DNA of 63,947 nucleotides, the filler included, from Barthelona sp. PAP020 (Eukaryota), in NCBI GenBank assembly GCA_040182905.1. It is 4 parts of 4 records of this genome, joined end to end, with 100 filler letters (N's around TTAATTAATTAA, not from the genome) between each part and the next. Parts side by side here need not be neighbours in the genome. Positions count along the whole stretch, not along the records: positions 16,667 to 33,230 come from JARQWU010000258.1; positions 33,331 to 49,772 come from JARQWU010000259.1; 2 more parts are not named here. One strand, written 5' to 3'. A program made the position numbers and the translations under genes. How positions within the stretch are numbered: position 1 is the first letter of the stretch; every line of letters starts with the position of its first letter. Below, one piece after another: positions 23,601 to 33,654 of this stretch. The notes beneath the pieces were generated by a model, which was not told where the DNA came from, made no database searches, and worked only from the letters and a program-made list of their open reading frames with translations.

Positions 23601-26600
23601 AGATGGAATGCCAGGAGTAGAAGATTTTGAATCTCTTTCATTCAGAGATGGCGTACCAATTAATGATGTATCAACTGCCAAATCTTCATCATTTGAAGGT
23701 ATTTCAATTGATAAATTATCTAATGGATTAGAATTCTCTTCAGAATATAACAATGCTTCATTAAGTACTTTTGCCCAATAATTATAGAATGAATAATGTG
23801 ATAAAGGATATCCTCTCTTTCTTAAAGATTTTGAAATATAGGGATAATTCTTATAAAACAAAAAGTTCTTTTCTAACCTCTTACGGATATGTAATGGTCC
23901 TTCCACAGTGGATAACTTGAAAAATTTCAATTTATTTGCTGAAGAAAATTGAGTATCATCCTTTTCTAAAGCTAATTTTTCATCAACCAATAATTCCAAC
24001 AAGTCAATATCTTCATATATTTCCATATAGTCAAAACAAACTTGGTGCATAATTTCGACAGTATCTTTAAGTTTTCTTTCAAACAAATTAAAATATTTAG
24101 CAAAACTTTTGAAAGATAAACCTTTAAATTTCAAGTAATCTTTGTTAAAAACTTTAAATTTTGAAAATTTATCTGAAGGATTAAACCTTAATAATTTAAA
24201 TCTCTTTTCAAATTTTTGCAATAAATATGCAGAAGAAATTTTCAAATTATTTGTAATATCATCAAATACGATAAAATCTTTATCAATTTTGCAAAAGTTT
24301 GCCAAAATAAATTTGAAATTTTCAAATTTTTCATCATTATATTTTTTAATGAAATCTTCAACATCAGAATGGATTAATTCATCAATATAATACATAAAAC
24401 TATTCAAAGGTGTATCTTTCAAAGGTGTTTTTAAAGAAATCAAATTTATGAATAAAGGAATGCTTTCAATAATTTCTAAATTAAGTAATTTAAAAGAAAT
24501 TGAAAGCAATAATTTCCAAATATGCTCACACATGTAAAATTTATCGGAAATTAAAGAAGAAAAATTACTTTCTAATAAAATATTCAATTTTGATAAAAAT
24601 GAAGGAAATTTATTGAATATTTCAAATATTTTGAAATATTCTTCTTTTAAATACAAGAAATAAATAACTAAACTCAATTGTTCATAATAAACAGTATCTA
24701 ATTTTCTGTTTGCTGTCACAAATTTTTTAAATATTTTCAACAAATGTTTTAAAATGATTAAATTTAAATTAACGTTGGAAGAACTAGTGGCAAACGCAAC
24801 AAAAAACTTTAATAATACAATAAAATCAACCTCTTGAAAAATAGTACTCATATCAGTAAAAGCTTCTAACAATATAATGATACGATTTATATTTAAGTCA
24901 CTGTATGGTTGAATATAACTGCTAAAAAAATTAAATAACATGTTAGATTCATCAAAAGACAAATTTGTTAGCAACAATAAGATGACTTTGCTGATAATTT
25001 GAATATTTTCTTGATTCAAATTCATACTTTCAGTTGAACTATTTTCATTAAAATAAAATGTATCAGATGGTATAATTCTTAAGTTATCTTCAAGATTATC
25101 TTCATTTTCAACTGATTCAAAGTTAATATCAACCCAACCATTATCATTATAGGAGTTTGTAATAGTATCGTTGGAATCGCTTAAAATATCAATTAATTTA
25201 TCCAAACCATAACCAAATTGTATAGAAACTAATGATATTTGTAATCTAGTACGATCAAACAAATTTTTGAATGAAACATTTGTGAAACAATTCATACATA
25301 CTCTAAAAATATGATCAACACTATATTCACTTTGCTTAAAAGTAATATTTGTGAATAGATGAAACCCTAACTCCCATAAATATATGTTCATATTGGGAGT
25401 AAATTGTAATGTTTCTGGTTTAATAGGACAAATATATTGAACTTTTAAGTTATCAATATCAAAATCAATTTTAAAATAGTTTGATTTTATACCTTGATCT
25501 AAAATGAAAATTGATCCTAAATGATGAAAATAATATAGCAATAAATCATTATTATGCTTTAAAATATCATTTCCTATTCTCCATAAAATAGGAATATGTT
25601 TTTGAATCTCATTAACATTTGAAATTGAAAAAATATATTTCACATAAAAAATAAAAATCATTTGTTTTAAATTTTCAGTTAAATTCTTATAATCGCTTAA
25701 AATAGTTAAGATTTGATATATTTGATTGTATTGATTATTATTTTGATAATCTAAATACTGTAAAATAAATTGCAATATTTTTAAAACAAATAATTCACTT
25801 ATTTTTGTTTTTAAACTCTTTAATTTAAACACAGTCAAAATTAAAATATTGATATTTTTTTCCAAATTAAAAGGTAATATAAAATGTTGTAAAATTTTCA
25901 AAAAAACTTTTAAAAAATTGACAGCAATTTCTAAATCTTCATAAATAACATAAGGTATTATTTTAAAACATAACATTTGTATAAATTTAGATTTAGTGAA
26001 TAATTTACGATTATATCGACTATTATCTGTGAAAAAAAATGTAATCATATTCAACAAATCAATAAAATTTTTTTTATTGTTTAAAAATAGCAATGGTAAA
26101 AATATTTGTACAAAACTTTCATTAGCAACTTCATTTATAAAGATATTTTTGCTAATTTTGCTAGAATTTAAATAAATATATGCTTTTGATGAATGTATAA
26201 TACGTAATTGAGATGATTTATTGAAAGGTTCAATCTTTTCTTCATTTTTAAACCCAAACAATATTAATAATTGTAATAATTGATGTTTTGAATAGGTTAA
26301 TTGTTTACCTGCCAATAATAACATCAAAATATCCCAAGGAGTTATATTTAATTTTATAATGGTCTTCATTTGTAATAATGATGAAACAGATTTAGTTATT
26401 AATGAAAAAATAATGGTAAAAATATAATCCAAATCTTCACAACGACATACTTTCAATAAAGGAAATAAAGCACTGATCCCACCCAAAGGAAACAATGCTT
26501 CAACTGCACCTCGCACACCAACAACATTAGACCAACTCCGAGGGCTAAACAATGAAACTGTGGAAATTTGTTGAAAATCAGTGCTTAAAGAATTTAACAA

Positions 26601-29600
26601 CTTGTTTTTTTGAGGAATTAACAATGGTAAATTGATGATTTCGGATAAATTACCATCTAATTTACCAGGATAATGTTCAGTTAATGAATATAAACATGTG
26701 ATATAAGAATGATCAATAACATTGGTAAACATCCTTAAATATCCCATATTTAAAATATTCTTACAACGTACATACTTGTTTAAATAATTTAAAGTCTTCT
26801 CAGCTGTAGTCTCAGGATATTCATAATATCCAATGATTGTACCTAAATGAGTTTTAGAAGAAAAGAAATAATCCATTTCATTTTCTAATATTAAATAATT
26901 ATTAAAATATACCATAAGACTTCCTCTATTTCTTAAAAAATGTTTTTTTTGTGTTAGGGTAATCATTACCCATTCATTAAAAGGTACATTATGAATACAT
27001 ACATAAGAATCCGTTTTACTTTTGTATTTTGATGATAAGATTTGTTGATGTAAAGATTTCAACATCGTCAAATCTTTAACAATTACCAACATGCTATCAA
27101 TCAAAGCAATATACATGTGACTTGAACTGTATCCTTTTGATGAAAAACTGACAATGGGCAAAATATGAGATTGAATGTTTTGCGATTGTGGTTGCATCTT
27201 ACTAGAATGAGAATTGGGTTTAATCTTAGCTTTAGAACTTGAATTTGAATCAAAGGATGGTAAATTAACCCAAAAACTAAAACTGTATTCATTTTTCATC
27301 TCAATTTGTTCTCTGTGAATTAAATAAGCTGTTTCTGAATTTTTCATATCAAATAAACAATAAGGTGGAGATCTATCTGCAAATATCGAAGATAAAATTG
27401 GTAATAATTGTAATCTTGGTTTAACAGGATAAGTTAATCCCAATAAAGCTTTTAAATCAGATGTATCAAGGACAATTTTACTGATAGATTCCATCAATCT
27501 TAAAATGGAACAAGTAAACGCGTTATCAATGTTCTTGTAGTGTAAAATCAATTTTGAATTTGCATCAATGTTCTTAGATTCAGTTCGAAGAATTTCATAG
27601 TCCTCAGGTAAATAACCTGGAATTTTTTCAAAAGGATCAAAATATCTGTCAACTTGTTGATAAGTTGTTTCAAAAACAGGTTTCCACATTAATTTGACAT
27701 ATTTTAATAACAAAGTAATTAATCCACTTGTATGTAAAGCAACAGCATTCCATGGATTGCAATAGTTCAATAACGTAATTATGTTGAAGAATTTTATGAT
27801 ATGTTGAACATAATCATGTTTTAGATCCAAGGTATCGATGGAAATTAAAGACAAAATAAAAGTAATATAATGAGGTTTAATTATTGAAATGAAAGAAGTC
27901 TCAACATTAATAATTTCTCCATTATAACTCAAATTTTTGAAAACTTCAAATATTTCTGGTTCAAACATGGAAAAAAAATTAATATTTGTGTTGATATTCA
28001 AAGAATGAATAAGTGCATAATTAGCAAATTGTGCAAAATCAGTTTGAAAATCATTTTGAAAGTTTTCATATTTTGTTAGTTCTTCAGAAATGCAAGAGAT
28101 ATCAATGATTTCCAAAATATTCAAAAAATTCAAATATTCAATCAAAAGTTTTAAAACATTCTTTAAACAAAACTTGCCCAACAATTGCTTCAAATCTTTA
28201 TTATCCAACGAATTTTTAATCTTCAATTGCATTCCTGGGTATTTTTGGTTTCTTTCAACTATTAATTTAATTGAATAAAAAATGCCTTCAAATATTCTTT
28301 GATCCAACACATCAAAATGTGCATCTAACCATAATAGTTCGGTCATAAACGTTTCATCCAAGATCATCCTCAAAATATATTTGCTAACCATATTGGCAAG
28401 ATTCTTTTCATTAATTTTGCTGTTAAATAAGATATAAAGTAAATGAATCAATTCGTAATGAAACATCAACTCATAAGTACTTTCTCTATTCATTTTTCCA
28501 AGATTTAATAGTCTTATAATGCTATTCACACACGTTAAACCTTCATTGATATGGTTTTGATTCATTTCATTTGATTTAATGGTGTCATTAGCAAACATAA
28601 AAGGAAGAGATAAAATGTATATGACACTGGCTTGTACAACTGTCATTAAACCTGATTCAATAAAATAATCAACTAATTGTTCATTAAAACTGATTATGGT
28701 GATAGTTGAATGAAACAAACTGTTTAACACAGACAAATCAAGCTGTTTTTTATTCAAAATATCAATATTCACATCTTTGGTCAATGGTGCCAAAGGTGAC
28801 TTTGCTAAATCAACAGCCAAATCATTATTTACTACACTGCTAAATTCATTATCATCATCATCATCTTCTTCTTCTTCTTCAACATTGCTATTAATATCTT
28901 GTGTTGATTTTCTAAAAAATTCAGGAAATATGTCAACTAAATATTCATTTTCTCCAAAAACTATTGGCAAACCAACCAACTTTTGAATCTGTTCAAATAA
29001 TATCACACACAAAGGATCAGTTCTTGCATTGTGTCCAATTGAAAAAAATTCCAAAAATTTGATCAATCTCATTTGACAATCAATTGAAAAAGTGAAAAAA
29101 CTCTCATAAATCATTTGTAAAGCATGACCACTCTTGATACAACAAAAATAATTAAACCTGTTGTCAAAAAATGAACTAAACAGTGTTTCTAACTCATTAA
29201 TACTCAATATATTTGAATATTGCAAGTAGATTTCAAAAATTCTATCAAAATAATCAAAACTTTTCACTAAACTTTCCTCATGAATTAATGCTTCATCAAA
29301 AGGCAATTCTAAATCATGATAATACTCAACACACTCTTTTAAAGAAAACTTAAAAATGTTTTTATAATCAAGCAAACAAACATTGATTAGAAATTTCAAA
29401 AAAATATCAAGTCCATCCTGTTTTTGAACCAAATAATTATTCAAATATTGCAAATATTTATCCAAACAATCGTCAAAAAATATCTTGTAAAATAACGTTT
29501 TAGAAACCAAAGAAACTTTTAAAAAACTAAAATACATTTCAAAAAATACTATTAGAGAAGTTTCAAGTTTATTTTTCTTTGGATGATAAGAAACTAATGT

Positions 29601-30317
29601 TTCAAAACTTTTCAACAACAAACTTTCAAAACTTTCAAAATAATTTTTCAAAGTTTCATGTTTAAATCCAGTTTCTGTTGCAATTTTTACAATGAACCAA
29701 CCAAATTCATCAAGAAATCCACCAAACTCTTCATTTAAAAATTTTTCCAAGTAAATATCAACCAAAAATTCAATGCTTAACTTTCCATCAATGTTGGTAG
29801 GTAATACCTTTAATGTGTTACTTGGTAGTTTATTGACAATTTTTACAAGTAATCTCATTGATTCATCCACTCCATTTTTAATAATCAATGTAAACATCGG
29901 AACAGCTATTCTGTTTTCATGAATAGCAATATAATCCTTAAAAATTTGTAAATCTAATAACACTTCAAAAAATAAAAATCTATACAAAAGATCAATATCA
30001 GATTCATCAATTAATATAGTTTTTTTAATACCAATTGTGTCATAATCACTTATTAGTTCATTTAAAAAATATTGAAACAAATTGTTGAGATCTTTTTTAT
30101 CAAAATTAGAAAAAATAGCCTCAATCACATGAATCAAATCAACTTTTTGATATAATTGCATAAAATGAGTGATAAATTCATGAAAATTCTGCTCTTTTTG
30201 AATGGAATTATTGGAATCACAAAATCCCAACAAATAATTTTCACATCGTGATATCACTTGAGTTGTTGTATCATCCCATCTCAACTCAGCTGATGTTTGT
30301 CGACATCTGTTATTCAT
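20625..30317 (-). CDS. BEACH-WD40-FYVE giant protein (WDFY3/ALFY/LvsA-like)
   Basis: BEACH motifs SNFQY..LN..AGRSFNDLSQYPVFPWV, YGTHYS, ELIPEFFY.PEF, WIDLVFG, FGQTP; upstream ConA-like and PH segments; C-terminal FYVE WIDD...RRHHCRCCG...KVC. First ATG is 30317 (start uncertain). Confidence 0.92.
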   Translation of the reverse strand: MNNRCRQTSAELRWDDTTTQVISRCENYLLGFCDSNNSIQKEQNFHEFITHFMQLYQKVDLIHVIEAIFSNFDKKDLNNLFQYFLNELISDYDTIGIKKTILIDESDIDLLYRFLFFEVLLDLQIFKDYIAIHENRIAVPMFTLIIKNGVDESMRLLVKIVNKLPSNTLKVLPTNIDGKLSIEFLVDIYLEKFLNEEFGGFLDEFGWFIVKIATETGFKHETLKNYFESFESLLLKSFETLVSYHPKKNKLETSLIVFFEMYFSFLKVSLVSKTLFYKIFFDDCLDKYLQYLNNYLVQKQDGLDIFLKFLINVCLLDYKNIFKFSLKECVEYYHDLELPFDEALIHEESLVKSFDYFDRIFEIYLQYSNILSINELETLFSSFFDNRFNYFCCIKSGHALQMIYESFFTFSIDCQMRLIKFLEFFSIGHNARTDPLCVILFEQIQKLVGLPIVFGENEYLVDIFPEFFRKSTQDINSNVEEEEEDDDDDNEFSSVVNNDLAVDLAKSPLAPLTKDVNIDILNKKQLDLSVLNSLFHSTITIISFNEQLVDYFIESGLMTVVQASVIYILSLPFMFANDTIKSNEMNQNHINEGLTCVNSIIRLLNLGKMNRESTYELMFHYELIHLLYILFNSKINEKNLANMVSKYILRMILDETFMTELLWLDAHFDVLDQRIFEGIFYSIKLIVERNQKYPGMQLKIKNSLDNKDLKQLLGKFCLKNVLKLLIEYLNFLNILEIIDISCISEELTKYENFQNDFQTDFAQFANYALIHSLNINTNINFFSMFEPEIFEVFKNLSYNGEIINVETSFISIIKPHYITFILSLISIDTLDLKHDYVQHIIKFFNIITLLNYCNPWNAVALHTSGLITLLLKYVKLMWKPVFETTYQQVDRYFDPFEKIPGYLPEDYEILRTESKNIDANSKLILHYKNIDNAFTCSILRLMESISKIVLDTSDLKALLGLTYPVKPRLQLLPILSSIFADRSPPYCLFDMKNSETAYLIHREQIEMKNEYSFSFWVNLPSFDSNSSSKAKIKPNSHSSKMQPQSQNIQSHILPIVSFSSKGYSSSHMYIALIDSMLVIVKDLTMLKSLHQQILSSKYKSKTDSYVCIHNVPFNEWVMITLTQKKHFLRNRGSLMVYFNNYLILENEMDYFFSSKTHLGTIIGYYEYPETTAEKTLNYLNKYVRCKNILNMGYLRMFTNVIDHSYITCLYSLTEHYPGKLDGNLSEIINLPLLIPQKNKLLNSLSTDFQQISTVSLFSPRSWSNVVGVRGAVEALFPLGGISALFPLLKVCRCEDLDYIFTIIFSLITKSVSSLLQMKTIIKLNITPWDILMLLLAGKQLTYSKHQLLQLLILFGFKNEEKIEPFNKSSQLRIIHSSKAYIYLNSSKISKNIFINEVANESFVQIFLPLLFLNNKKNFIDLLNMITFFFTDNSRYNRKLFTKSKFIQMLCFKIIPYVIYEDLEIAVNFLKVFLKILQHFILPFNLEKNINILILTVFKLKSLKTKISELFVLKILQFILQYLDYQNNNQYNQIYQILTILSDYKNLTENLKQMIFIFYVKYIFSISNVNEIQKHIPILWRIGNDILKHNNDLLLYYFHHLGSIFILDQGIKSNYFKIDFDIDNLKVQYICPIKPETLQFTPNMNIYLWELGFHLFTNITFKQSEYSVDHIFRVCMNCFTNVSFKNLFDRTRLQISLVSIQFGYGLDKLIDILSDSNDTITNSYNDNGWVDINFESVENEDNLEDNLRIIPSDTFYFNENSSTESMNLNQENIQIISKVILLLLTNLSFDESNMLFNFFSSYIQPYSDLNINRIIILLEAFTDMSTIFQEVDFIVLLKFFVAFATSSSNVNLNLIILKHLLKIFKKFVTANRKLDTVYYEQLSLVIYFLYLKEEYFKIFEIFNKFPSFLSKLNILLESNFSSLISDKFYMCEHIWKLLLSISFKLLNLEIIESIPLFINLISLKTPLKDTPLNSFMYYIDELIHSDVEDFIKKYNDEKFENFKFILANFCKIDKDFIVFDDITNNLKISSAYLLQKFEKRFKLLRFNPSDKFSKFKVFNKDYLKFKGLSFKSFAKYFNLFERKLKDTVEIMHQVCFDYMEIYEDIDLLELLVDEKLALEKDDTQFSSANKLKFFKLSTVEGPLHIRKRLEKNFLFYKNYPYISKSLRKRGYPLSHYSFYNYWAKVLNEALLYSEENSNPLDNLSIEIPSNDEDLAVDTSLIGTPSLNERDSKSSTPGIPSTPKNIDAGTVLTKNKVPKTYSPLTPKDRSKLKRDREIQAAIDNIMDTTPPINSTTDGFDLITLPLIPFTRYDEDILGVFNCHISKVTLDPLRGIGFFTKKAIYFVEDLRLTFSPQAENIIRTDVVKGQTPSLGHLSGPETYSISGIINDTTDSITFKSLPQQLAYRLGTDTPVQKNPLFERFEYNILSYLSTKRYLLQDIGLELYDIFGHSMFLTFQTSDIRTQILLELSKIVNLPKLLHVTDLVQRNKRKEHFVNLWLEGKLSNFQYILCLNEIAGRSFNDLSQYPVFPWVIKDYKSDFVNFENPDFFRDFAKPLGAQNEDRLQVFKNKYQESVITMGKDQGFLYGTHYSCPGSVLFYLFRMEPFTRQHIILQSGTFDAADRLFHTVEHIWESMAVSTVTTSVFELIPEFFYLPEFLANPNGFLFGERNDNIKVNDAILPSWSRNDPYYFIFQHRRALESDYVSEQLAKWIDLVFGCLQTGENAKYSHNLFYPLTYKENFDKQMSQAKTSLAKQQLINQVQFFGQTPPKLFEETHPIKSLTTIPIGIHTHPDCLIPRKIRNVDAKLCGDFRIVNGSLEILKDKCGFLLDLGEFGKVAEKTVWSEVLSGFGFDNNKDKIFNYYNDISSDLADLYIDFSSTNGTLFLISNNTSKNVIFALETAHDGNFCTFDFNPLDRSIYLGGESGYVQIFKLASKFDSLVSVGQFIFHSEDIIKIFVCNEFHYILIIDKKGTISLWDEKTHELFDSWQHPLSKDLEIVDCCINRSTGEIWIATSVSFHCYTMNGHLLIEMGVEMGPPHSKHSQNIPKITCICLSSGPEWIHKSCLITGHIDGSVRFWSNNCGLCWDSEEFQQRVSDNNKFMEIYNRSCQTPWPVHLRRELKGPDSEIILMRSAIDQYSLVCSFANGTIIQWHLDNEAKKDYWIDDAARTNCCKCGKGFNQIRRRHHCRCCGDLFCADCTKFTMQVPQRGYTSLEKVCEECFIKEKKSREI

Positions 30318-30378
30318 TTGCCTTTTGAACCAATTCAAGGAGTTTTTTTTTTTTTCAATATTGTCCAATCTTCATTTT

Positions 30379-30567
30379 ATGGATTTACTTCCACATGAAG
30401 AAAAATCAAAATTAATTAAACTCATTGGAAGATATTATACTAAAAATCCCGAATTTTTGATTAGGTTTTTTCCAAGTTATTCTCTTTTGGAATTACAGTT
30501 GCAAATAGATTGGATTTTTAACGATCTTTATGAAGTAAGAATTAACGATATTTTGAAAAGATTTTGA
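30379..30567 (+). CDS. Small protein (62 aa), possibly a degenerate single Myb/SANT repeat
   Basis: ATG 30379; EEKSKLIKLIGRYYTKNPEFLIRFFPSYS resembles the SANT helix spacing but lacks the Trp residues. Confidence 0.3.
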   Translation: MDLLPHEEKSKLIKLIGRYYTKNPEFLIRFFPSYSLLELQLQIDWIFNDLYEVRINDILKRF

Positions 30568-30696
30568 TTTTTCTGTTATTCACTTCTTTTAATTTAAACC
30601 AATTATTTATTCTTATAGTCTCATCTTCTTTTTACTTTGTTGTAAAATTTTCCGGATTTTTCCTTTTTTTTTTTTTTCTCAACTGCTGTTCGATTT

Positions 30697-31017
30697 ATGA
30701 AAAAAAACATTAGTTTTGAAGACTGGAAAAATGAAACTGTTGTGATTTTAACAAAGGATTTTCGATGTATTATTGGAAGATTACAATTTTTTGACCCAAA
30801 AACCAATATTATCCTTTCAAATTGTTTTGAAAGAGTATTTTATCCAGATCAACCCCCAGAAGATTATGAAATGGGAGCGTTTGTTACCCTAGGGCATGAT
30901 ATTTGTACCATCGCCAAAATTGACACTGAATTTCATTCAAAATTCAAATTTTCAATTATTAGAAGTTGCGAAACAAACAGTAACACTAGTATTGATACTC
31001 ATAGGAAATTTTGTTAA
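30697..31017 (+). CDS. LSM8: U6 snRNA-associated Sm-like protein, LSM8-like (divergent)
   Basis: VVILTKDFRCIIGRLQFFDPKTNIILSNCFERVF is an Sm1 motif of LSM8 type; Sm2 is divergent (TLGHDI). Confidence 0.7.
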   Translation: MKKNISFEDWKNETVVILTKDFRCIIGRLQFFDPKTNIILSNCFERVFYPDQPPEDYEMGAFVTLGHDICTIAKIDTEFHSKFKFSIIRSCETNSNTSIDTHRKFC

Positions 31018-31415
31018 TTCTATTGTGTGTATTCTAATTTATAGTCCTTTTTTGCTTTTTTTTTATCTTTTTTTTGAATATAAAGTTGTGTTATTTTTTT
31101 TTCAATCAATTATTGGCCATTTTTTGAGGGTAAAAAGAAAAGACTAAATTATTTAATCAGCAATGAACCATAATTAACTTTTATTATTTTTTTTTCAATC
31201 TTTTATTGTGCTTTAAATCATAACTACATTGGAAAAACAAAATTAAAAAAAAAACGATACTTTTTTTTTATTTTTTTTTTTTTTGCCAAAAGAAAAAAAT
31301 TTCTTTATTTTAATCATAAATTGTTTAAAAAACATGCATCAATTGAAAAATTTCAAATTTTAAAGTTGCGGTTCAAAAATGTAGTGAATGATTTTTTTCT
31401 TTAATATGATATGAA

Positions 31416-32785
31416 ATGACATTTTGGGAACCTATTATTGATATATCACCTCAATTAACAAGAACTGTAGCATATTATACTTACAATAACATCTAATAAT
31501 TTAGAGAAGTTTTTCTGAAAGAGATTCACCTAGATTTGGAGAATATGCTTTCAGTAAATCACATATTTTGGTGGAACAAAGTTGTATGACTCGTAGTTAT
31601 TCGAGTAGATCTGATAAAATGTTTGAATCTGTTGATAACAACAATAATTCTGTATTAGATTTTGTCAATGAGGTATTTCCAGAAAAAATACGAAACGATT
31701 GTATTAGTTTACCTCCTGCTCGTGTTCAAAAATCTTATGTGTCTTTACCTTTTGATTTTAGTATTAAAGATAAAGTTTCATTTGTATTCAACAGTAAGAA
31801 TGATTATAGATTGGATGTTACAATGAAAAAAAATGGAATTATTGATTCTTTATATCCTCATACAATAAATGATGAGACTATTGAAATTCCATCAGATACT
31901 CATGTTTATGAGTCTTTAATTAGTCACAAATTTCCATCTTTTTCTTTGAAACAAGTTGAAGAGTTGGAGAAATTGAATCAAACATCGTTGTTGTTAACAA
32001 ATTTTTCCAAAATAATAGACAATATTTTTGAGTTGACGAATACTGGTGTCATCCCTATTGCATATATATATTTGAGAGGACCTAATATTTGGATCATATT
32101 GCATAATTCTGATATGAAAAATTTGGAAATTGTTTGCAATCATTCTTCAAATAGCATTCGAAAGGAATTAACTGATGCCAATGTTTCATTTACAATGCCC
32201 AATGAATATATACCTAGTCCTAAACTCTCAAATTTTAATAATTTTAGTGGTAGTAGATCACCTAGATTTGGTACACCACCTCCATATTTAGGGAGAGACT
32301 TTAACAGTCCTATTTCGAACACAAGTTGTAGTGAAGTTCCTTTAAGATTCAGTTGTCTCAAAATTGCAAGCAACAGAAAAAATGTAATTAATTTTTTTGA
32401 TTGGTTGAAGAATCGACAGCATTTTAATTGTCCTTTTATTTATTCACCTTCACCATTTTATAATTCAACAAGTTATGAGCTTGAATTGATTGTTAGAAAG
32501 AAAAGCATTGAAAAATTAGAGTTTTGTATTGAAGATTATGTTTTTCCTTGGATCACCTATAAAATTGATAAGTTTTTACGTGAATCATTGAAAGATTATG
32601 AGTTTTCTTGTGCAACTATAAACTATACTGAAAGTTTAAATCAAGCTATCAATAGAGAAGATAATCAATTAATGAATGGAAATCAATTGAAAAGAAATCC
32701 ACACGTTCCTTCTGAATTTTGGCTTAAAAATAATGTCATCACTGTTGAAGAGTGTTCAATTAAAAAACCTACGTATTTATCTTAA
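31416..32785 (+). CDS. DONSON: DONSON family replisome protein; join(31416..31466,31505..32785)
   Basis: LPFDFSIKDKVSF (cf. LP.DWSLK.R..F), SIRKELTDANVSFTMP, PFIYSPSPFYNST and IEDYVFPW match DONSON blocks in order; N-terminal exon recovered via a 38-nt intron. Confidence 0.7.
31467..31504 (+). other. Predicted spliceosomal intron (38 nt, phase 0) in DONSON
   Basis: GTAGCA...TCTAAT AATTTAG; removal joins MTFWEPIIDISPQLTRT in frame to RSFSERDSPRF... Confidence 0.6.
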
Positions 32786-33034
32786 TTTTTGTTTTTTGAA
32801 AGAAATTCACACATAAAATTCGCCCACTCTTTGCTCATTGTTACATTTAACAGTTGAAGTAACACAGATGTTTGTACCTTTTAATATCAATAGTATAAAA
32901 AATATAAGTTGTTTATTTTGTAGTTTTATCATTCTTTCAGTAGTCTCAATATAATGTGTATTTTATGGGTTTTAAAATGTTCATTGAAAAGATTATTTTG
33001 TTTTGTTGGTCACAATGGTTTGAGTAGAAACAAC

Positions 33035-33230
33035 TTAAGATGAAATCTGATAAACTCTTTTCTCTTGAATATATTGATTTGGAGACAGATTCTTTTCATT
33101 CTTTGCGTCTTTTAGATTTATTTTTTTGCAAGACTCCTCCCTCGTTTTTTCTTTTCTTTCTGTTAAAATTTTGATACCTGTGTTGAGTTAAGTGACAATT
33201 TGATGAGGAAAACAATTTACGATATGTTTC
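33035..33230 (-). CDS. 3' fragment of an unknown protein entering from the contig end, with a possible 43-nt intron at 33178-33220
   Basis: GTAAAT...CTTAAC TCAACACAG followed by an open frame IKILTERKEKTREE...QISS-stop. Confidence 0.3.
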
Positions 33231-33330
33231 NNNNNNNNNNNNNNNNNNNNNNNNNNNNNNNNNNNNNNNNNNNNTTAATTAATTAANNNNNNNNNNNNNN
33301 NNNNNNNNNNNNNNNNNNNNNNNNNNNNNN
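33231..33330. other. Artificial contig spacer (linker at 33275-33286)
   Basis: N run + TTAATTAATTAA + N run, 100 nt. Confidence 0.97.
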
Positions 33331-33405
33331 CCTTCAATTGATGGTCACAAGAGTGCTGTCATGGCACTCTGCCAACTAAACCGGACAAAAGTCCAAGCAA
33401 AATAA
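33331..33405 (+). CDS. Possible 3' fragment of a WD40-like protein
   Basis: Open from the contig start: PSIDGHKSAVMALCQLNRTKVQAK-stop; GH..AV.AL resembles a WD repeat start. Confidence 0.3.
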   Translation, partial: PSIDGHKSAVMALCQLNRTKVQAK

Positions 33406-33654
33406 AGTTTCTTATTAGTTTCTTATTAGTAAAGACAAAAAGTTTGTTCAAACAAAAAGATTTACAAAAAAGAAATTTGTTGAAATATTTTTGAAGACTT
33501 CCATTTTGTTGCAATTTAAAAAAATATTTGTGAAATAAATAACAAAGGAAATTATGACAATTATTTTATTTGTTTAAAAAAATGAAGAAAATTTATCTCC
33601 AAATCCTCACTCACTTTCAAAAAAAAAAAACACTTGTGTTATTTATTCACATTA

